Of a stretch of 64,000 nucleotides of DNA, positions 57,901 to 64,000 are shown in pieces; position 1 is the stretch's first letter; every line of letters starts with the position of its first letter. This DNA comes from Cenarchaeum sp. Lineage in GTDB: Archaea > Thermoproteota > Nitrososphaeria > Nitrososphaerales > Nitrosopumilaceae. The notes beneath the pieces were generated by a model. It was not told the origin of the DNA and did not search any database. It worked only from the letters and a program-made list of their open reading frames with translations. Where the stretch lies: contig CBDESU010000001.1 of NCBI GenBank assembly GCA_965242695.1, forward strand, positions 512,001 through 576,000, written 5' to 3'. The translations under genes and the position numbers were made by a program.

Positions 57901-58713
57901 CGTCCCGCCCCTGTGGATGTGGCTCAGCATGGGCCCGAGCGAATCGGGGCCGCTGGCGTAGACGACCCTGTCCCTCAGCCTGTCGTCGCGGAGGGCCTCT
58001 AGGACCATTCGCGTCTTGCCCGCGCCGGGCTCGCCGGTGACCCTTACGTGCAGGGGCCCGTCGCCGAGCAGGTGCCCGCGCAGGCGGCGCACAAAGTCGG
58101 CCTCCCCGTCTCCCGACCTGAAGGCGCAGGACATGTCGCGGGACCCCGACCATTCGTCGTACGTGCAAAGCCCTTCCGCGCGGACGGGGCTTGCGGAGAG
58201 GGCCAGGTGGGGATGCCGGCCGAGCAGGCCCGCTATCCTTGCAGGGGCCCACACCTTTACGGATCCCCTGCACGGCGCCCGGGCGCGGCGCAGCTCTTCC
58301 GAAAACTTCGCCTCGAGGCCCCCCTCGTCCGCGTTCGGCCCGCCCCATGCGGTGAGCACTACCACAAGCGTGCCGCCGTCTCCCAGGCAGCTGCGTATGG
58401 GCTCCCCGAGCGCGTTGTCCCTGAACAGCATTCCGCGCACGTCTGCCGCACCGATGGATGCGCTAGACTCGACCCGGTACAGCGTTCGGCCCTGCCCTAT
58501 GAGGCCGCTGGCGCTTTCACGGGGGGCATCCGCAACCTCAAAGTCGACGCCGGCATCGTTGGATGCGATTCGGCCGCCGTCGTATATCCGGTCAGGGCTG
58601 ACTCCAGCGCTGTCCGCCTCTGCGTTGATCATGCGCCGGACAAGGGCCTCAGAGTCCTCGGCCGAGAGTGCCGCCAGCGCTTCTACGGGCACTTGAAACG
58701 GGCTTTCCAACAC
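54916..58713 (-). CDS. Large STAND/Avs-like NTPase with N-terminal restriction-endonuclease-like domain (about 1265 aa)
   Basis: N-domain AEA..NDAGVDFEV..LYRVES; Walker A GEPGAGKT; Walker B IVVVDDC; GSPRAA; long helical C-terminus; TTTATATG box at about 58733-58740. Confidence 0.8.
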   Translation of the reverse strand: MLESPFQVPVEALAALSAEDSEALVRRMINAEADSAGVSPDRIYDGGRIASNDAGVDFEVADAPRESASGLIGQGRTLYRVESSASIGAADVRGMLFRDNALGEPIRSCLGDGGTLVVVLTAWGGPNADEGGLEAKFSEELRRARAPCRGSVKVWAPARIAGLLGRHPHLALSASPVRAEGLCTYDEWSGSRDMSCAFRSGDGEADFVRRLRGHLLGDGPLHVRVTGEPGAGKTRMVLEALRDDRLRDRVVYASGPDSLGPMLSHIHRGGTGGQASSIVVVDDCGYSEQVGVWDSAKSSSRMRLVSIDSEEIEGADGTEHMGVPMLSDAKLREILSAYAGTGADTGAWAEYCRGSPRAAHVAGANLRDNPGDALRDPDTVAVWDRHIAGQGDPRGSEFDARKTALEWLSLFKAFGYGGTYGRELDRIAALVEESAQMPRDKFMSTIRDLRRMKVLQGTYMLHITPKMLHVYLWAEWWKNHPAEAAPYAGDLAGQCGAADESDRLLQRHLDMFRYASGSPESSKVVKGMLRPGDPLDSERTLRRGLNASFFAALSSVDPASALACIDRIVGRIGADFEAGMRRVDRRIPYALARMLSHADAFAGAMRLLLRLAVAGGGVGASQAYDPNPSLDAYCRALDPADAAVSAPYRARLAVVREAMVSDSPEARRVAVLACGNVLEMHRHSIAVPRCVGFEHMPEPWAPRDRGEAVGYYLDVFNLLKTAALDSRSAKLQEEAAATAVRTARQALLVPELSRPVVSLLEALAASGRVEKVPLLDQIARVLDMESDRISAEVPASLSSLRDSMEGTGFSAELRRHVGRHSLRGWGTGPHPDRAADAIQKLAGEAVLGDALLPELDWLVTDKAVNGLDFGHAVAERDPDLRMLGPLLAAMRRAGRAATALFLSGYLHQMAEDRRDALEDLLDKMLADDALCSHVPEITGRTGMTKRAAERIAQGVSDQRLGLESIQPLRYGHRLRGVPAEAVTGLVALVLEKCGQDEAAGATALDMLYSYFVAGPRAESAAAPRMPERLALDVLLHKGLVDPADGAQPDHVVCGAWRDLASALARQGGGGALALAREMIDRFGDSVLLHAPGSEPPSSALAVVAVKRPREVWQMIAGRIVPPLDQGAFELLEWIGHGGWSKAVGADELMAALMPEILAWVGEDPDERAWRMSRHLPHVFSALRGFVARFGDREDVRDGLAANLMAGTYRGSLVSHYADKKKRAQQLAAGESDPNVLSFLRHYAEALEMRIEREAAVDERIPVGLV

Positions 58714-59154
58714 GCTAGGCGATTCGACGGCGCATATAAACCGACCTGGGCGGGGGGCCTGCGGCGGGGCAGTGCAAGCCGGGCGATCGCGCGCCGCATC
58801 GTGTTGCAGCGCGGCGGCAGTGGACGGCGGGCCGCCCTGGGAGGCGGGGTTGCGCGCAGGCTCGCGCAGTGTACAGGCAGGCCAAGGCCGCAGGCGGCCC
58901 GCCCTCGGCCCGCCCTGCGGGAGGAGGGCACATGCATGCCGCAGCTGCCCGCCGCAGGCGTTGCGCCGGTTCGCGCTGCGGCCAGCCGCCCACAGATATT
59001 GCATGCCTGATGCCGCCGCAGAGGGGTTGGGTGCATCCGAGCCTCGGGCCCGGTGCCCGTGCAGGCGACCTTCTCCGTGCATGTCCGGGCATGCCCGGCG
59101 CCCAGATCCCGGGCGCCAGCCGCATGCCGTGCGCCAAGCCATTAATAGTCCTGC

Positions 59155-59577
59155 ATGCCGCGCGCCGGCATGGCAAGGACGGCCTCGCAGAAGTGGGGGA
59201 CGCGCATCGCAAGGCACAAGGCGGCATGCCGCGGGATCGTCAGCCTGTCGGGCGCCGTCAGGTACGCCGGCGTGATCAACGAGTTCGGGCGTACGCTGGC
59301 CGGCGCGACAAGGCCCGGCGTAAAGTCGCACCTGAGCGCCGAGCAGGCCAAGAACGAGTTCTTTGCCGTCGCGACGCTGCTGTCGGTGCGCAAGAGGTCG
59401 TCGGCTGCCATCGGCGGCCTCGACCACGCCGTCATCCGCCACGAAAAGATCACCATAGTCGCGTTCATGTCCGGCAAGGACACCTACTACGTGTCCGTCG
59501 AGGCAGGCCATGCGGTGAGCGCCGCGATGGTGGCAAGGATGAAGAAGATCGCCGCCTCTGGCGGGGCGGCAAAGTAG
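59155..59577 (+). CDS. Roadblock/profilin-like protein (DUF6659-type)
   Basis: VRYAGVINEFGRTLAG..IGGLDHAVIRHEKI..YYVSVE. Confidence 0.7.
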   Translation: MPRAGMARTASQKWGTRIARHKAACRGIVSLSGAVRYAGVINEFGRTLAGATRPGVKSHLSAEQAKNEFFAVATLLSVRKRSSAAIGGLDHAVIRHEKITIVAFMSGKDTYYVSVEAGHAVSAAMVARMKKIAASGGAAK

Positions 59578-59863
59578 CCGTCCCGATCGCCTTACGTCTG
59601 CGCCGAATCGCTCCGACCCGCCCCCTTCTGCCCCTCGGACTGCCGGCGAGTGCCCTGCGCCGGGCCCTTTGACTATCACCGGCAACGGCCGGGCCGGGGG
59701 TGGAACTCCGCTGCACCTGCGAGACTCTCGCACATCCGTCGGGGCCCCACGCCGGCGGGGGAGCCGGCATGGGCCTGCGCCGTGGCCCTGCCTGGGCCGG
59801 CGTGCACCCGTGGTGCCTTGAGCCGAGTCGCGATGCCGCTCCCGCCCTTGAAGGGGCCCCTGC

Positions 59864-60277
59864 CTAGGCCGGCGTGTACCCGTGGTACCCGCCGGTCTGC
59901 TCGGCCTTGTCCGAAAAGTCCGGCTCGAAGAGCGAGACGAGGTAGCCGTCGGGGTCGACGACGATGGCGTTCTTGCCGGCCTCGCGGTTGACGATGTCGC
60001 GGTACACCTTTACGCCCTTTGACTTTAGCTCCTCTACGGCCGACCTCACGTCGCCGACGATGAACCCGATGGTGATGCCGTTGTCGATCGAGCTGCCCAT
60101 GTGCTCGGCCGTCAGCGAGGCGGGGTGCAGGCTGAGCAGGGCGCCGGTCGTCCCTAGGTCGATCCACGTGCGCCGCTGGTTCTTGATCGGCAGGCCGATC
60201 ACGTCGTGGTAGAACGACAGCGACCTGTCGAGGTCCTTGACGGCGAGTATGACGTTGCCGACCCTCTTTATCTGCAC
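59864..60277 (-). CDS. VOC/glyoxalase family protein
   Basis: VILAVKDLDRSLSFYHDVIGL, IGFIVGDV, DPDGYLVSL; TTTTAA box at about 60301. Confidence 0.92.
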   Translation of the reverse strand: MQIKRVGNVILAVKDLDRSLSFYHDVIGLPIKNQRRTWIDLGTTGALLSLHPASLTAEHMGSSIDNGITIGFIVGDVRSAVEELKSKGVKVYRDIVNREAGKNAIVVDPDGYLVSLFEPDFSDKAEQTGGYHGYTPA

Positions 60278-60399
60278 GCCCGGCGCGGGGCGGCTAGGCG
60301 TTAAAACCCTTGCCCTTGGCCCCTAGGCGCGGCGGGAGGGCGCCTGCCCTGCGGCGGGCGGCGTGGATGCGGACGCGGCAGGGCTTGTCGCGTCCTAGA

Positions 60400-61570
60400 C
60401 CGCGCACTGCGCCCGTCCACCGGCGGCCCGAGCTCCGGCGAGCGGGGCCCCTCCGCAGGCGCCAGCAAGGATCGTCTCGTTGTTGCCGACTATGCCGCGC
60501 GCGCCGTACGCCGACGGCCGGCGACAAACCTGTCGGTCGAGCTTCCATGACACGGCGCCGCGACGGTAGGAGATGTGACCCAGGCCGATCCAATGTGGAA
60601 CGTGCCGTGCCACGGCAGCCGCCCGCCTGCAACAGGCTGGCCTACAACCCCTCCAGAGTGCGCCGGCAGGGCTCCCTCTGCCCTTGCGATGCGCGCATCC
60701 TAGGTATGCACCAGCGCGGGGACGGGCGCGCTTGAGTGCGGTCCTTCCACCGCAGCCGGCGACGCCGGCGCACCATCCTGTCCCTCGAACCACGCGATGT
60801 AGTGCCAGCCAAGTTTTCGGGCAGGACGGACGGTCACACGCGCACCCTGAGGCCGGTGGCTCCTTGCGCTCGGACCCGGCGTATGCTTTGGCGCGCATCC
60901 CCTCGTAGCGCGCGTGGGCCGTACCTACCGCGACCACAAACGCATCGAACGTGGATCCTGCTGAGCCTGCCTACATTACGACCGCATCGGGGGCGAGTAC
61001 GCCGGCGCCGTTGGACTACAGGGACACCTCTAGGTCGGACTCGGCTGGGACGGCCGCTGCGTGGCTGGTGCCAGAGGTCCGCTCGACTAGGTGGACGGCG
61101 CTTACAATGTGTCGTGTGCACGTCGACGGGGGTAGCGTAATGGCTAGGCCCAGCCCGTCGCTCGCTGGGTCGATCACCGTGACTGTTTCTTCGACGAACT
61201 CGCCGCCAACGGATGCGTGGATCGTATGGGCTCCACCACCAGCCCCTTGAAGGAAAAGATCCCATGGTCCGCGCCGGGCGGCATCTCGACGTACGGAGGG
61301 ACAAGGACGGCGGCCGGGTCCGCGCCGAGGTGGATCGTCATCGAGCCGCCACTGTCTTCGCCGCCGCCGGTACTGCCGGTACTGCCGGAGCCACGCGGCC
61401 CCTCGTGGCGGACCATTCCATAGTACCATGCTTCTGGCATCACATGAGCCGGGACGTACAGCTCCGCGCGGGGGACATCACCAGGCATGTCGGCGGCATG
61501 CGCGTGTGGCAAGGGGGATCATATTCCACGCCGGCGCCAACCGCCACCGCTACGGCCGCAACCGCGCTCA
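60400..61570 (-). pseudogene. Decayed secreted or surface protein gene
   Basis: Signal-like AVAVAVAVGAG..PHAHA; continuous beta-rich reading across frames (VEMPPGADHGIF / QGAGGGAHTIHASVGG / EVSL*SNGAGVLAPDAVVM*AG) with frameshifts and TAG stops. Confidence 0.55.
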
Positions 61571-61965
61571 TGCCGCGAGCGCAAGAATGCATGCGCGTCC
61601 GGCATGCGGCCCATCCTGCAGGCCTCCGGCGGGCATTGCACGCGGCTTGTGATATGATTTATGGGGCAGGCGGATTAGTGTCGAATGGTAGGCTGGCCGT
61701 CGGCCGACGCGCTTCGGACTCGACACTGACATCGCACTAGCCGCCTCTACACACGCATGGCTGCTCGAGCGAGCACGCATGGCTCTCATCTTGCTGGTGT
61801 TCCATGTTAGACGGGCGCATCGTTGACCATTCGCCTCTGAAGTCAGAGAGTAAGAGCCGCACCTGCAGACAGCACCGGCAAGCGCGGACTAAGACGATGG
61901 ATTGTCAGACGTGGGTTGAAAAACGCCGCCTAAGAGTTATATGAAGGCCGTCTAGACGCCCGCTG

Positions 61966-64000
61966 TTGAAGCGCACGCTTACAAGGGGCGAGATTCAAGC
62001 TAGGGCATCTAAATTTGCCAGCAAGTATGAGTCCATCTCGTACGAAAAGGGCGAAGCGCAGACGTTTTACAACGACTTTTTCAGCGTGTTTGGGCTAGAA
62101 CGATTTGGGAATGCGATGTTTGAAAGATATATAAAAAAGGTACATAACAGGCACCACGGGTTCATAGATTTATTGTGGCCCAAGGTACTGCTGGCTGAAC
62201 ACAAAAGCGTTGGGTATGATTTAGACAAAGCACTTGAACAAGCAGAAGACTACATAATAGAGCTTCCCGAATACGAGAGACCGCAATGTGTCTTGGCATG
62301 CGATTTTCAGAATTTCCTACTGATAGATCTAGATGCAAAAACAAGACATGAATTCAAACTGCGTGAACTGCCCGAGAAGACGGAATTATTTGATTTTATG
62401 AGGGGTATACACCGACGCGATTTTACAACGCAAGATCCGGTAAGTGTGCAGGCATCGGAAATAATGGCTAGTGTGTATGACGGTCTTCGGAACAACGGGT
62501 ATCCGGAACAAGATGCGGCACGCCTTCTTACAAAACTAACGTTTTGTTTTTTTGCAGATGATGCGGGAATATTCGATCCTCGTGGCATAATGCAAGAGTA
62601 CCTAGAAGAAACTAGAGAAGACGGCTCCGATTTAGGAACGCGACTCAACGGCTTATTTGAAGTCCTAAACACGCCCGAAAAGAAAAGATTAAAGAACACG
62701 CCGCGTGATCTGGCACAATTTCCATACGTCAATGGCAGTCTCTTTAGAGACACGCAGATGATTCCGCAGTTTGATGCCGACGCAAGGGCCCGACTCTTAA
62801 AGGCGGCTGAGTTTGATTGGGCCGCAGTATCTCCGGCCATATTCGGGAGTCTATTCCAGTCAGTGATGAATAAAAAGGAAAGACGAGCAGCTGGAGCGCA
62901 CTACACCACCGAAGAAAATATAATGAAAGTAATACGCCCCTTGTTTTTGGATGATTTGACCAAAAAACTAGACACAATACTGTCAAAGAAGAGCGAAAAC
63001 CTTGCGCAAATCAAGGCGTTTCAGAACATGCTTGCAAACATAAATATATTAGATCCTGCATGCGGTTCGGGCAACTTCTTGATCATCGCATATAGGGAGC
63101 TTCGCAGGTTAGAGACCAAAGTGATACTCAAATTGCACGATCCAACGGAGCAACGGCTTAACATAGACGGACTATCAAAGATGGACGTAAACCAATTTTA
63201 TGGCATGGAAATTAATGAGTTTTCTTCTAAAATCGCGGAAGTGTCTTTGTGGATGATGGACCACATAATGAACAAAGAGCTTGGGGCAAAATTTGGTTTG
63301 TCGTACGCGCGAATACCACTGGGAAAGTTCCCCCCTCCGATAAAAAACATTGATGCGTTAGAAACTGATTGGAACTCAGTGTTGCCAAGAGATAATTGTA
63401 CATATGTATGTGGAAACCCCCCATTTGGGGGAAATAAAAGAATCGATGAAAAGAAACGTAACCAAATCAAAGCAATTGCCGGAATCAAAAATGGCGGTGG
63501 CAATTTGGACTACGTGACGTGCTGGTTTATTAAGGCGGGACAATACATGGCACCACATACGCGAATTGGATTGGTGGCCACAAACAGCATATCACAGGGT
63601 GACCAAGTAGGGCAGTTTTGGCCACTTGTGTACAAAAATGGCATCGATATATCTTTTGCACACGAACCATTTAAATGGGGATCCGAAGCAAAGGGCAAGG
63701 CGCAGGTACACGTGATTATAGTGGGACTTGCAAAAAAAGAAGAACTGCGGGGCAAGGCAAAAAGAATGTTCTACTACGAAGGGACAAAAGTGTTTGAATC
63801 AAACCCAGCCTACATATCACCATACATGCTAGGATCGGCTGAACCACTGCCAGTCGTCGTCAGGTCGCCCAAACCGCTCAATGGCCTGCCAAAGATAGTC
63901 GATGGCGCTGTACCGCTAGACGGTGGCAACCTGACCCTGACTGCTAAAGCGCGAGGGGAACTGCTGGCGGCAGAGCCGGAATCGGAGGCATTCATACGCC
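61966..64000 (+). CDS. MmeI-family (type IIL) restriction-modification enzyme, truncated by the window end and absent from the ORF track
   Basis: TTG start; EKGEAQTFYNDFF, GFIDLLWPKVLLAEHKS, GAHYTTEENIMKVI, LDPACGSGNFL, GNPPF; TTATAT box at about 61937; strongly AT-rich. Confidence 0.92.
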   Translation, partial: MKRTLTRGEIQARASKFASKYESISYEKGEAQTFYNDFFSVFGLERFGNAMFERYIKKVHNRHHGFIDLLWPKVLLAEHKSVGYDLDKALEQAEDYIIELPEYERPQCVLACDFQNFLLIDLDAKTRHEFKLRELPEKTELFDFMRGIHRRDFTTQDPVSVQASEIMASVYDGLRNNGYPEQDAARLLTKLTFCFFADDAGIFDPRGIMQEYLEETREDGSDLGTRLNGLFEVLNTPEKKRLKNTPRDLAQFPYVNGSLFRDTQMIPQFDADARARLLKAAEFDWAAVSPAIFGSLFQSVMNKKERRAAGAHYTTEENIMKVIRPLFLDDLTKKLDTILSKKSENLAQIKAFQNMLANINILDPACGSGNFLIIAYRELRRLETKVILKLHDPTEQRLNIDGLSKMDVNQFYGMEINEFSSKIAEVSLWMMDHIMNKELGAKFGLSYARIPLGKFPPPIKNIDALETDWNSVLPRDNCTYVCGNPPFGGNKRIDEKKRNQIKAIAGIKNGGGNLDYVTCWFIKAGQYMAPHTRIGLVATNSISQGDQVGQFWPLVYKNGIDISFAHEPFKWGSEAKGKAQVHVIIVGLAKKEELRGKAKRMFYYEGTKVFESNPAYISPYMLGSAEPLPVVVRSPKPLNGLPKIVDGAVPLDGGNLTLTAKARGELLAAEPESEAFIR

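Noticed and set aside
58714-59733. N-terminal 340-aa extension of the STAND ORF in the track
   Set aside because: It overlaps a plus-strand gene, and a TATA box with a GTG at 58713 marks the real start.

Overview
A GC-rich archaeal window. EF-2, aIF-5A, SRP54, type II GAPDH, PurP, a CBS-TrkH fusion and TATA boxes about 25-30 nt before leaderless starts point to Nitrososphaerota, probably Nitrosopumilaceae. The many NHL and TPR proteins suggest a host-associated (for example sponge-symbiont) lineage, which is an inference. Housekeeping genes include DsbA, HMG-CoA synthase, a MoxR-DUF58-VWA operon, aIF-5A, Dph6, SRP54, a Pus10-like protein, MqnD, EF-2, PurP, UbiX, BioB, a frameshifted BioF, GAPDH and a class III cyclase. 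Conflict genes are interspersed: a PIN toxin with a large partner, an island of ABC-type ATPase / MTase / REase / kinase-NDT / Panacea-like genes, a degenerate HNH-HIT fusion, a STAND-like NTPase and an AT-rich MmeI-type RM gene at the right edge. The best candidate for an undescribed system is a three-part module present twice in inverted orientation (1-2916 and 16374-19020). It comprises a HEPN (R-x4-H)-TPR protein with near-identical 102-nt TPR units, a convergent small protein with a conserved C-terminus and promoter, and a degenerate copy of the start of the TPR array behind the small gene. All calls come from reading motifs by eye; no database searches were run.
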